Assembly: GCA_964655365.1 (NCBI GenBank) | Contig: CAZZMQ010000008.1 | Span: 1-41,527 of the forward strand | Length of the DNA: 41,527 nucleotides | DNA from: an uncultured Dehalococcoidia bacterium | GTDB lineage: Bacteria > Chloroflexota > Dehalococcoidia > Bin125 | Reading direction: 5' to 3' | In this document: in pieces, positions 8,205 to 17,249 of the stretch | How positions within the stretch are numbered: the stretch's first letter is position 1 | Layout: every line of letters starts with the position of its first letter | Translations under genes and position numbers: made by a program | The notes under the pieces: model-generated | Database searches by the model: none | Told to the model about the DNA's origin: nothing | What the model saw: the letters and a program-made list of their open reading frames with translations, nothing else

Positions 8205-9434
8205 ATGGCGGGTCCTCTCGATGGCGCAACCGTACTCGATCTCACCGAATGGGTGGCTGGGCCCTACGCGACCAAGCTTCTGGCCGACTACGGTGCCGAC
8301 GTAATCAAGATCGAGCGCCCTGGTGGAGACCCGTCTCGCTCCGTCGGTCCCTTCAAGGACAATGATGCGCATCCCGAAAAAAGCGGGAGCTTCTTCTACC
8401 TGAACACCAACAAGCGTTCTCTTGTCCTCGACCTCAAGCAGCCCTCCACGCACGATCTCTTCGCGGCTCTGATCGACAAAGCCGACATCGTCGTCGAGAG
8501 CTTCCGTCCCGGCGCGCTCGATCGGCTCGGGATCGGCTGGGACTTCATTCACGCCCGTAAGCCAGAGATCGCGCTTGTCTCCATCACGCCTTTCGGCCAG
8601 GAGAGCCCCTACCGCGACTTCAAGATTACCGATGGCGTGCTCTATGGCTTCGCCGGCGAGATGTACTCGATGGGTATCCAGGATCGCGAGCCGACTAAGA
8701 TGTACGGTACCGCCGCCTTGGCGGAGTGTGGTGCGGCCGCCGCTACTGCGGTCATGGCTGCACTCACCGTGACCGAGTTACAGGGCATTGGCCAGCAGGT
8801 CGACTTCTCCATGGCCGACGCCCAGTTCAACGGCGTCGACCGGCGCCACGCCACCGCGATCGGCCACCAGTTTTCCGGGCGGCTCACGCTGCGCACACCC
8901 GGCCCCGCCTCAGGCATCCTCACCGGGGTCTATCCTTGTGCCGATGGCTATGTGGAGTTCACCTCCGCAGCCAACAACATGCGCCGGGTCGCACAGATGC
9001 TGGGAAACCCCAGCTGGCTCGATGATCCAAAGTTCACAGACCCCGTGACCAACCGTCAGCCGGACGTCGTCGATGAGTTTAACGCCCACTTCTTGGGCTG
9101 GTGCATTGAGCGCAGCAAGCGCGAGATCTGGACCGAGGCGCGCGCGTTCAAGGTGCTCTGCGGACCTCTCTTCACCATCGACGAACTCTTCGAGGACCCC
9201 CACTTCCGCGAGCGCGGCTTCTGGCAGGAGATCGATCACGCAGAGCTGGGCCACTTCGAGTTGCCCGGCCGGCCTGTGGTCATGAACGCCTCGCCCTGGG
9301 AACTGCGCCGTCCTGCCCCTCTGCTGGGCGAGCACACGATGGAGGTGCTGGCCGAGATTGGCATCGATGCCCAACACCTCACCAGCTTGGCCAAATCTGG
9401 TGCCATCCGCAGTTACAGGAATGCCTCCGAATGA
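8205..9434 (+). CDS. Family III CoA-transferase (CaiB/BaiF type)
   Basis: The ORF 8055..9434 is trimmed to ATG 8205, which has GGGGAG 6-7 nt upstream. The N-terminus MAGPLDGATVLDLTEWVAGPYATKLLADYGADVIKIERPGGDP is the canonical family III start. The stop overlaps the next start (ATGA at 9431..9434). Confidence 0.9.
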   Translation: MAGPLDGATVLDLTEWVAGPYATKLLADYGADVIKIERPGGDPSRSVGPFKDNDAHPEKSGSFFYLNTNKRSLVLDLKQPSTHDLFAALIDKADIVVESFRPGALDRLGIGWDFIHARKPEIALVSITPFGQESPYRDFKITDGVLYGFAGEMYSMGIQDREPTKMYGTAALAECGAAAATAVMAALTVTELQGIGQQVDFSMADAQFNGVDRRHATAIGHQFSGRLTLRTPGPASGILTGVYPCADGYVEFTSAANNMRRVAQMLGNPSWLDDPKFTDPVTNRQPDVVDEFNAHFLGWCIERSKREIWTEARAFKVLCGPLFTIDELFEDPHFRERGFWQEIDHAELGHFELPGRPVVMNASPWELRRPAPLLGEHTMEVLAEIGIDAQHLTSLAKSGAIRSYRNASE

Positions 9435-10762
9435 GCCCGAGAAAGCCGCTCGAAGGCGTCCGCGTGCTCGACTTCACCGTTGTTTGGGCCGGAACCTTCG
9501 CCTCGCTGCTGTTGGCTGACCTTGGTGCTGAGGTGATCAAAGTGGAGAACATCCACATCTTTCAACCAATGACTCGCGGCGGTATCGCTCGTCCACCCAT
9601 CGGTCTCATGCAAGGCGACCTGGCCTGGGCCACGGGGTACCCCAACAACGAGCCCGGGCCCCGCCCCTGGAACTACTGTCCCACCTTCGTCCAGCTCTAC
9701 CGCAACAAACACAGCGTCACGATCGACGTTCTTTCGCCCGAAGGCAGGGAGCTCCTGCGGCGCCTCGTTGCCGAATCCGATGTGTTTCTCGAGAACAACG
9801 CCGTTGACACGATTGAGAAGCTCGGTTTTAGCTACGACTGGCTGCGTGGCGCGCGCGAAGACATTATTATGGTTCGCGCACCAGGTTACGGCCTCACTGG
9901 CCCTTACCGTGAGGCGCGAACCTTGGGTGTCCATCTTGAAAGCGTGATGGGCCACACCCTCCTGCGCGGCTACCGCGATCTCGATCCCTCCCATACAACG
10001 GCCATCTTCTCCGGGGACTATATGGCCGGGGCGCACGGTGCATTTGCGGTTATGGCCGCCCTTCGCCATCGTCGACGCACGGGCGAAGGCCAGCTTATCG
10101 AGATTCCCCAGGCTGAGACCGCTTCATCGATGCTTGCGCCCGCCTTCATGGAGTACGCTCTCAACGGGGAGGTCCCTCGGAACGTCGGCAATCGCTCGAT
10201 CTACGGCTTTTCCCCTTACAACACCTACCCTTGCCATTCGCCGGGCGACGGCGGGGATGGTGGCGACCGCTGGATCTCGATTGCGGTCACCTCCGACGAC
10301 GAATGGACTGCCCTCCGCGCCATCATGGGCGAGCCCGATTGGGCCCAGTCAGCCGATTTCGACACCGCTGCCGGTCGTATCGCTAGGGAGGACCTGCTCG
10401 ACGAAGGCATCTCAGAGTGGACCCGCCCTCAGGACGACTACGACCTCTTCCATCTGCTGCAGAATGCGGGTATTGCGGCCGCTCCCGTGCTGGAGGCTTC
10501 GCGCCTCTTCGACGATGCACACGTCAAGGCTCGAGGCCTCAACCAGTCTCAGATTCTGCAGGACGACGTTGGTAGCTTCCTTTTCAACGCGCCCTTCTAC
10601 CGTTTCTCCGAAACACCGATTGGCATCGACAAGCCGCCTGTCGCTCTCGGAGAGGATAACGAGTACGTCTACAAAGAGGTGATCGGTCTTAGTCAAGCCG
10701 AGTACGACGCCTTGCTCGAGTCCGGCCAAGCGGGACTCGACTTTGACGACTCGATCCGTTGA
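9431..10762 (+). CDS. Family III CoA-transferase paralogue (CaiB/BaiF type)
   Basis: 443 aa. N-terminus PLEGVRVLDFTVVWAGTFASLLLADLGAEVIKVE. 4-nt overlap with the upstream paralogue. Confidence 0.9.
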   Translation: MSPRKPLEGVRVLDFTVVWAGTFASLLLADLGAEVIKVENIHIFQPMTRGGIARPPIGLMQGDLAWATGYPNNEPGPRPWNYCPTFVQLYRNKHSVTIDVLSPEGRELLRRLVAESDVFLENNAVDTIEKLGFSYDWLRGAREDIIMVRAPGYGLTGPYREARTLGVHLESVMGHTLLRGYRDLDPSHTTAIFSGDYMAGAHGAFAVMAALRHRRRTGEGQLIEIPQAETASSMLAPAFMEYALNGEVPRNVGNRSIYGFSPYNTYPCHSPGDGGDGGDRWISIAVTSDDEWTALRAIMGEPDWAQSADFDTAAGRIAREDLLDEGISEWTRPQDDYDLFHLLQNAGIAAAPVLEASRLFDDAHVKARGLNQSQILQDDVGSFLFNAPFYRFSETPIGIDKPPVALGEDNEYVYKEVIGLSQAEYDALLESGQAGLDFDDSIR

Positions 10763-10886
10763 GCGCGCCCCGATCGCCGCGTTCATCCGCTAGCCTCACT
10801 TCTCGACACTGTCGCGCGTAGCGTGTGCAAGAGGCGGAGTATCGGAACCTACTCCGTGGCGCTACTCATCCACCAGGAAAACGAAA

Positions 10887-11984
10887 ATGGAATTTGGTAT
10901 CACCTTCCCCTCCTACATCGAGGCCTGGAAAGACGCTCAGCTGGCTGAGGACAGCGGCTTTACCCACGCCTGGTTTTATGATTCTCAGCTGCTCTACAGC
11001 GACGTATACGCCACCATGGCGCTTGCTGCCGAACACACTAGCCGGCTCAAGCTGGGCACGCTTGTTGCAATCCCTTCCAACCGCATTGCACCTGTTACCG
11101 CCTCTGCCATCGCCACGATCAATTACCTTGCCCCGGGGCGCGCCATCCTTGGCGTTGGCACCGGTTTCACTGGTCGCAATACCATGGGCCTGCCTGCGAT
11201 GAGTGCGCAGTCGATGCAGGACTACATTATCCAGGTTCGAGGCCTGCTCGACGGTGACGACGTGCTCTTCCGTGAGGGCGAGCGTGAGCGTTGGATTCGT
11301 CTGCTACACCCCGACACTGAGCGGGGTTTTCTCAACATCGAGGACCATATCCCGCTCTATGTCGCTGCTAACGGCCCCAAGGCTCAGGCTGTTACCGGTC
11401 ATGTCGGCGACGGTTGGATCACCACTACCCAGCCTCCCGACGCCTTCGCCGCGGGCTACGACACCATCGCGCGTGCTGCGCAGTCCTCGGGTCGTTCTGC
11501 CCCCTTCGACGGAGGAACCAAGCCCTACACTGTCATCCTCGGCATGGGTTGTGTACTCCAGCCCGGCGAAGCGCGTGACTCTCAGCGCATTGTTGATCGT
11601 CTCGGCTGGGCTGTCATGCCCGGCCTGCATGCCGCTTGGGAAGCGGAGCACGGCCCCGGTTCCAACCTGGGTTTGCACGCCCCCGAGTTGGCCAACGTCT
11701 ACAACAGCTATATCGACGACTACGCGGCCCAGACTGGCTCACCCGGGGATCGCCGCTACCTCGACGTGCACGAAGGCCATCTCGCCTACCTAAAGCCCGG
11801 CGAAGAGCAATTCGTTAACGCGCAGACGCTGGCTCGCACATTCATCGGTACGCCCGACGAGATCGTCGAACGTCTCAAGGAGCTTGAGGCGGCTGGAGTC
11901 GACAACCTGGCGATCCAGACCGTGCGGGGTAGCGCGCGCGAACTAATCGAAGAGTTCAGTACCCAGGTCATTGCCAAGATGTGA
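10887..11984 (+). CDS. LLM-class (luciferase-like) flavin/F420-dependent oxidoreductase
   Basis: 365 aa. MEFGITFPS...AEDSGFTHAWFYDSQLL...LGTLVAIPSNRIAPVTASAIATINYLAPGRAILGVGTG is typical of LLM TIM barrels. AGGAAAA SD. Confidence 0.85.
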   Translation: MEFGITFPSYIEAWKDAQLAEDSGFTHAWFYDSQLLYSDVYATMALAAEHTSRLKLGTLVAIPSNRIAPVTASAIATINYLAPGRAILGVGTGFTGRNTMGLPAMSAQSMQDYIIQVRGLLDGDDVLFREGERERWIRLLHPDTERGFLNIEDHIPLYVAANGPKAQAVTGHVGDGWITTTQPPDAFAAGYDTIARAAQSSGRSAPFDGGTKPYTVILGMGCVLQPGEARDSQRIVDRLGWAVMPGLHAAWEAEHGPGSNLGLHAPELANVYNSYIDDYAAQTGSPGDRRYLDVHEGHLAYLKPGEEQFVNAQTLARTFIGTPDEIVERLKELEAAGVDNLAIQTVRGSARELIEEFSTQVIAKM

Positions 11985-12384
11985 TCACTGCCGGAATCCA
12001 AACACTCTAGCGAGGGGCAGATTAGCCGCGACGAGCTCGGTTGGCCAAATCCGCGGCATCAATTTCGTCGCTTCGCGCGGCGAAATTGCCAGGGATGTCC
12101 GCCCGATCTCGGTGCTGACGTGATTGAAGCCGAACCGCCGCGCGGTATCCATTCTCTCCGCCTGCCGCCTTCAGCATCCGGCGACCCCCACGGATCGCTC
12201 TTCTGGGTCGTCTTTGGTTTGGGAAAGCACAGCGTCGCACTCGATATCTTCGCTTCGCCCGGCGATGAGACTGCCGAACTCCCGGCCGCCAGTATTGGTC
12301 TTCTTGCGTCGCTTTCCTCTCCTCGCTCGTGCCGGTACCCTACGGCCCGATTCTTAAGTGTCACTTGGGCGAAGGGAAATCCGC

Positions 12385-13566
12385 ATGAGTGAGCGTTCTA
12401 TGCGCGGGCAGGTCGCCATTGTTGGCATCGGCGAGACGACCTACTACAAGCGAGGCCAAAGCCCTGACGCCGAGTTCAAACTCGGCCTCGAAGCCATCCT
12501 CAAGGCTTGCGAAGACGCAGGCATCTCGCCCGGCGAGGTCGACGGCTTCGCCAGCTACTCCAACGATCGCAACGACCCCCCGCGATTGGCGGCCGCGCTC
12601 GGTATCCCCGAGTTGCGATTCTCCAACATGCAATGGGGTGGCGGTGGCGGTGGTGGCTCAGGCGCCGTGGGCAACGCCGCGGCCGCAGTGGCCTCCGGCT
12701 ACGCTGACTGTGTCGTCGTTTTCCGCGCGCTGGCGCAGGGGCAGTTCGGTCGTTTCGGGCAAGGTGCGCAGGTGCCCCGCATACAGGGGCGTGGCGCTTT
12801 CACAGCACCCTACGGCCTGATGTCGCCTGCACAGTCGTTCGCCATGCGTGTGCAGCGCCTCTTCCGCGATGAAGGGGTCAGTGCTGAGACGCTTAAAGCT
12901 TGTTCGCTCGCCTCCTATCACCACGCGCAGCAGAACCCGCGCGCTGTCATGTACGGTCGTCCGCTCACTTCTGAGGACTATGACAATTCCCGCTGGATCG
13001 TGGAACCGTTCCACCTCTTTGACTGCTGTCAGGAGAACGACGGCGCCGCTGCCCTGGTTTTGATGCCGGCTGACCGCGCCAAGGACCTCAAACAGACCCC
13101 GGCTTATATCATGGGTGTCGCCACCGGCGTTCCCAGTCGTGCTGCGGCAGGTGTCCACAACGCACCCGACTACGCTACTTCCAACTTTAAGACCGTTGCT
13201 CCGCACATGTACGAGATGGCCAAGATGGGCCCACAAGACGTCCAGGTTGCGCAGGTCTATGAAAACTTTACTGGCGGCGTCGTGATGAGCATCATTGAGC
13301 ACGGCCTCTGCACCTACGAGACCGCCAACGAGTTCATCACCTTCGAAAACATGCGTGCACCGGATGGCAAGATGCCCATCAATACCAGCGGCGGAAATCT
13401 GGCTGAGTGCTACATGCATGGCTTGGAACTGCAGATCGAAGCGGTCCGCCAGATTCGTGGCGAGTCGCCCAATCAGGTGCCCAACGTCGACGTGTCGCTC
13501 GTCGCCTCGGGACCCATGGTTGAGCCGGTCAGCAATCTCTTGCTTGGTTCGGAGGCGACCCTGTGA
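12385..13566 (+). CDS. Thiolase-fold, SCP-x/lipid-transfer-protein-like enzyme lacking the usual nucleophile Cys motif
   Basis: The ORF 12358..13566 is trimmed to ATG 12385, which has AAGGGA upstream. Thiolase-like blocks: VAIVGIGETTYYKRG, NSRWIVEPFHLFDCCQENDGAAALVL, PINTSGGNLAECYMHG. The segment where thiolases carry C-(A/S)-(S/T)-G reads MQWGGGGGGGSGAVGNAAAAV. The stop overlaps the DUF35 start (GTGA). Confidence 0.85.
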   Translation: MSERSMRGQVAIVGIGETTYYKRGQSPDAEFKLGLEAILKACEDAGISPGEVDGFASYSNDRNDPPRLAAALGIPELRFSNMQWGGGGGGGSGAVGNAAAAVASGYADCVVVFRALAQGQFGRFGQGAQVPRIQGRGAFTAPYGLMSPAQSFAMRVQRLFRDEGVSAETLKACSLASYHHAQQNPRAVMYGRPLTSEDYDNSRWIVEPFHLFDCCQENDGAAALVLMPADRAKDLKQTPAYIMGVATGVPSRAAAGVHNAPDYATSNFKTVAPHMYEMAKMGPQDVQVAQVYENFTGGVVMSIIEHGLCTYETANEFITFENMRAPDGKMPINTSGGNLAECYMHGLELQIEAVRQIRGESPNQVPNVDVSLVASGPMVEPVSNLLLGSEATL

Positions 13567-14027
13567 CAACCGCCAAGGCCACTGACCAAAGCTACCTGCC
13601 CTCCGGCATGCCCGGACCCACCGCCCAGGGCGACGGTCTGGATGCACCCTATTGGGAGGGCGCTCGCGAAGGTATTCTCCGCATCCAGCAGTGCAACGAC
13701 TGCAGCGAACACCTATGGGGTCCCGAGTGGATCTGCCACGCCTGCCACTCCTTTGACCTCAACTGGATCGACGTCGAACCCCGCGGGATCGTCTACTCCT
13801 GGGAGCGGGTTTGGCATCCGGTCCACCCCGCTTTGGCAGATGCCTGCCCCTACATGGTCGTCTTGGTGGAACTGCCCCAGGCTGGCAACATCCGTATGGT
13901 TGGTAACCTTCTGGGTGAGGCGCGCGACTCCATCACCATCGGCGATGAAGTCGAGGCCGTTTTCGAACACCACAGCGATGAGGATCCGGCTTACACTCTC
14001 GTTCAGTGGCAGCGCATCGAGGACTAG
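13563..14027 (+). CDS. Zn-ribbon plus OB-fold protein (DUF35 family), partner of the thiolase-fold protein
   Basis: 154 aa. A CxxC...CxxC ribbon (CNDCSEHLWGPEWICHAC) is followed by an OB-fold-like C-terminus. GTG start overlapping the upstream stop. Confidence 0.85.
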   Translation: MTTAKATDQSYLPSGMPGPTAQGDGLDAPYWEGAREGILRIQQCNDCSEHLWGPEWICHACHSFDLNWIDVEPRGIVYSWERVWHPVHPALADACPYMVVLVELPQAGNIRMVGNLLGEARDSITIGDEVEAVFEHHSDEDPAYTLVQWQRIED

Positions 14028-14241
14028 TCTTCCCCGAAGTCGGGTGCCGCTGGGCCTTCGCGTGTGCCATCCCTGACGAGCGGGGCTGTCGACACAGCGT
14101 TGTCGGCGACTAGCGCGTCACTGACCGGAGCGAAAACAGCCAGTATTAACGCATGACCGAAGAGATCCCGCCCCGCGTGTGTGAAGCCGTCGCTATAGCC
14201 TAGTCAGCCTGCGCCGTGGTTTTCGTTTCCCCCAGTACTGC

Positions 14242-17160
14242 TCATCCGGTGTTGCGCAGTCCAGCCGCTACCCCGTTGATCGATCGTAGGATCGCCTCCA
14301 GCAATTGTTCACTATTTGCTTCATTTGGACTCACCCGTCGGCGCTGGATCAGGGCCACTTGCAAAAAGGACAGTGCGTCGACGTACGGATTGCGCAGATC
14401 CACCGAGCGACGCAGGACCGGATTTCCTTCCAACAGCCGCTCGATTCCCGCCACCCGGCCGATCCCCGCCACCGTGCGCTCAAACTCCGCTCTCAGCGAC
14501 GCGAAGATCTCTGCTGCTGTCTCGCTCTCGCCCAACGTCCGCACGTAATGCTCCGCGATCTCCAGATCAGCCTTGGCGCAGACCATCTCCACGTTCGAGA
14601 TGAACGAAGCGAAGAATGGCCAGCGCGCGCGCATGTCGCGTAGTAGTGCTAGTCCCTCCTCGCCATGCGCGTCGATGTACGACTCCAATGCCGTGCCGAC
14701 GCCCATCCAACCCGTTAGCACGTGTCGCGATTGCATCCAGCCGAAGACCCAGGGGATTGCGCGTAGCGACTCGATCGAATGATTTTCTCCGTTTGTTTTT
14801 GGCCGGTAGGCTGGCCGTGAACCGATTGGCATCATGCCCAGCTCCGCCAGCGGGGTGACGCGATGGAAGTATTCGAACAGCGCTGGCGATTCGTGGATCT
14901 GGACCCGGTACGCTTCCTGCGCGGTTTCTGCCAGCTCGTCCATCGCTTCCCGGAAGCGATCCTGGTCCGCCTCGGTCACGCTGTTGCGCCAGTCCTCGAA
15001 ACGGTGCGCTAGCACGGCAGCAGTAGCCTGCTCCAAGTTCCATGACGCGATCGCCGGTAGGCCATAAGTGAACTGGATCATCTCGCCCTGTTCCGTGTAC
15101 TTGATTCCCCCTGCCACCGCGCCCGGTGGCTGCGCCAGAATCGCGTCATGCGAAGGTCCCCCACCGCGGCTCACCGTTCCTCCGCGGCCGTGGAACAACA
15201 CCAGCTGCACCTTCGCCGCCGCCGCCACCTCTAGTAGCTCCTCCTGCGCCCGATACAGCCCCCAGGCGGCTGGGAGAATACCCACCTGTTTGGCGGAGTC
15301 GGAATAGCCGATCATGATCTCTTGCACGTTGCCGTGCGCTGACAGCTGCCGTTGATAGAGCGGATCGGCAAACAGCTCACGCATCACCGCTGGAGCCTGG
15401 CGAAGATCCTGTAACCGCTCGAACAACGGTACGATTGCGATTGAAGAAACAAACTCCTCCCCCTCCCAGCCCAGCAGTCGCGCCTCCCGCGCCACAACCA
15501 TCGGGGCTAGAACATCGGCCACTCCCTCCGCCATCGAAACGACGCACGACTCCACCCCTCGCTGCCCGTTGTGTACCCGAGCGAAGCGGATCGCCGAGAA
15601 CGTATCCAGCATCTCCTGTGTTTCGTCAGAGAATTCAGCCCCGGGCGTCACCAATGGTCGGCGCCCAGCCAGCTCCGCGCCCAGCCAGGCCACGCGCTCT
15701 GGGCTCGATAGTTCCTCATATCGAAATCCGCCCTCAATGGCGTCCACCGCCCCGGCGATCTCGTCCACCGCGGCGGCGAAGCGCTCCGCATGTTGGCGCA
15801 CGTCCAGAGTCGCTAACTCGAATCCGAACGCCTGTACACGGTCGATCAGCGCGCGTACCGTTCGCGCTGCTGACTCCGCGCCGTGTCCCCGCAAACTCGC
15901 TACGATCAACTGCAAATCCGTCTGCAACTGCTCCGCTGACGGGTACGCTTTACCGTCTTCCGCCGCCTCGCGTTCTGCCGCCCGCGCGTCCAGTTGCCCC
16001 GGTAATGCTCGGAGTTCGTCCACCTCTAGGGTGGAGTGCGTCTCGGCCAAGTTCGCCTGCAGCCGTGCTGCCACGTAGGTCAATTTGAGTCGGTACGGCT
16101 CGTAGCGATAGGTCTCCGCGTTCCGCTGTGCGACCAATGGCATCGCCGCTCCGTCCACCTCCACTGATATCAGTAACGCCGGTAGGATCGTTACCCGCCG
16201 CGCAGAATGTGACAGCAGCGGGATCAGCTCCCGCACCGCCTCCAGATAGCGCAATAGTGCCCGTTCCTTCATTACCAGAGCGGTTTGCCGCGTCACCAAC
16301 GGTGTCACGTTCGGATTTCCGTCGCGGTCGCCGCCCATCCAGGAGCCTAATCGCAGCGGGTGCACCTCTTCGGGCAGGTCAATTCCCGCCGCCGCCGCCG
16401 TCGCCCGCAGCTCCCCCATGACGCCGGGGACTGCATCCCACAGCGTTCCATCGAACACATCCAGAATCAGTCGCACCTCTTCGAGCACCGTCGGCCGTCG
16501 ATGCTTCAACTGGTCCGATTGCCATAGCGCCTCGATCTGCATTCCGATTTCATCATCGATTGTGTTTTGCTGCGGAGGTGTTGCCTCGTCCCGACGGAGT
16601 AGTGCATCGTGGATCGCGCGCAGTTTGACCTGCGTCGTGCGCCGCGTAGACTCGGTTGGATGGGCGGTCAGTACTGGCCGCAGTGACATGTGCGCGATTG
16701 CCTCACCCAGCGCCTTGGGCTCCGCTCCTGCCTCCCGCAGTTCAGCCAGTGTCGCGGCCAGCGAACGTGGCGCGGGCGGCGTATCTGCGACTCGCTCGTA
16801 CGCCCGCCGTCGCCGCACGCGATGCGTTTCCTCCGCTGTGTTGATCAACTGGAAGTAGATGGCAAACGCGCGCACCACCGCTTCCGCGCGTTCTAGTTCC
16901 CAGCCGTCGATCAACGATGCGATCTCATCTAGCAGTTCGGGCTTTTCTGCATCTCCGGGCCCACCAGCTGTGCCCCGCCGTCGACGTGTGAGGTCACGCA
17001 GACGCTCCACGTCTGCTAGCACATCGTCTCCCTGCAGATCCGCGATCGTCCGCCCCAGCCGCGCCCCGAGGCGGCGCACATCGTCGGCCAGTGGTTGGTC
17101 TTCCGGCCGTCGTGGCGGGATCAACGATCCCCTCGAGATTGCCGCTTCGCGTGTCTCCAT
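14242..17160 (-). CDS. ppc: Phosphoenolpyruvate carboxylase
   Basis: Motifs VLTAHPTE, GYSDSAKQVG, FHGRGGTVSRGGGP and the C-terminal ...GLRNTG are present. The track ORF extends to 17301, but that overlaps the divergent peptidase gene. ATG 17160 has GGGAGGGG 5 nt upstream. ATG 17199 (GGAG upstream) is an equally possible start. Confidence 0.95.
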   Translation of the reverse strand: METREAAISRGSLIPPRRPEDQPLADDVRRLGARLGRTIADLQGDDVLADVERLRDLTRRRRGTAGGPGDAEKPELLDEIASLIDGWELERAEAVVRAFAIYFQLINTAEETHRVRRRRAYERVADTPPAPRSLAATLAELREAGAEPKALGEAIAHMSLRPVLTAHPTESTRRTTQVKLRAIHDALLRRDEATPPQQNTIDDEIGMQIEALWQSDQLKHRRPTVLEEVRLILDVFDGTLWDAVPGVMGELRATAAAAGIDLPEEVHPLRLGSWMGGDRDGNPNVTPLVTRQTALVMKERALLRYLEAVRELIPLLSHSARRVTILPALLISVEVDGAAMPLVAQRNAETYRYEPYRLKLTYVAARLQANLAETHSTLEVDELRALPGQLDARAAEREAAEDGKAYPSAEQLQTDLQLIVASLRGHGAESAARTVRALIDRVQAFGFELATLDVRQHAERFAAAVDEIAGAVDAIEGGFRYEELSSPERVAWLGAELAGRRPLVTPGAEFSDETQEMLDTFSAIRFARVHNGQRGVESCVVSMAEGVADVLAPMVVAREARLLGWEGEEFVSSIAIVPLFERLQDLRQAPAVMRELFADPLYQRQLSAHGNVQEIMIGYSDSAKQVGILPAAWGLYRAQEELLEVAAAAKVQLVLFHGRGGTVSRGGGPSHDAILAQPPGAVAGGIKYTEQGEMIQFTYGLPAIASWNLEQATAAVLAHRFEDWRNSVTEADQDRFREAMDELAETAQEAYRVQIHESPALFEYFHRVTPLAELGMMPIGSRPAYRPKTNGENHSIESLRAIPWVFGWMQSRHVLTGWMGVGTALESYIDAHGEEGLALLRDMRARWPFFASFISNVEMVCAKADLEIAEHYVRTLGESETAAEIFASLRAEFERTVAGIGRVAGIERLLEGNPVLRRSVDLRNPYVDALSFLQVALIQRRRVSPNEANSEQLLEAILRSINGVAAGLRNTG

Positions 17161-17249
17161 CGGCGCCCCTCCCGGTTTTGCCAAGCCTACCCGTCTCATT
17201 CCTTCTCCGGCACAACCTGTTCTAGGATCCTCTGGCAAGAGGTGTACCG

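Noticed and set aside
11985-12357. A possible second TGA-recoded gene on the minus strand. The frame reads ...ERSVGVAGC-TGA(12173..12171)-RRQAERMDTARRFGFNHVSTEIGRTSLAISPREATKLMPRIWPTELVAANLPLARVFGFRQ. It includes a 55-aa ATG ORF (12152..11985).
   Set aside because: There is no start codon upstream of the TGA in that frame. I recognise no protein family or redox motif, and the composition is Arg-rich. The ORF abuts the LLM stop with zero spacing. It is more likely non-coding or gene debris. It would only be worth rechecking if a genome-wide selenoprotein scan flags it.
12469-12486. Perfect hairpin GCCGAG-TTCAAA-CTCGGC whose loop resembles a tRNA-Sec anticodon loop (UCA)
   Set aside because: It lies inside the thiolase-fold CDS, encoding AEFKLG. 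No acceptor, D or T arms flank it. It is a coincidental palindrome.
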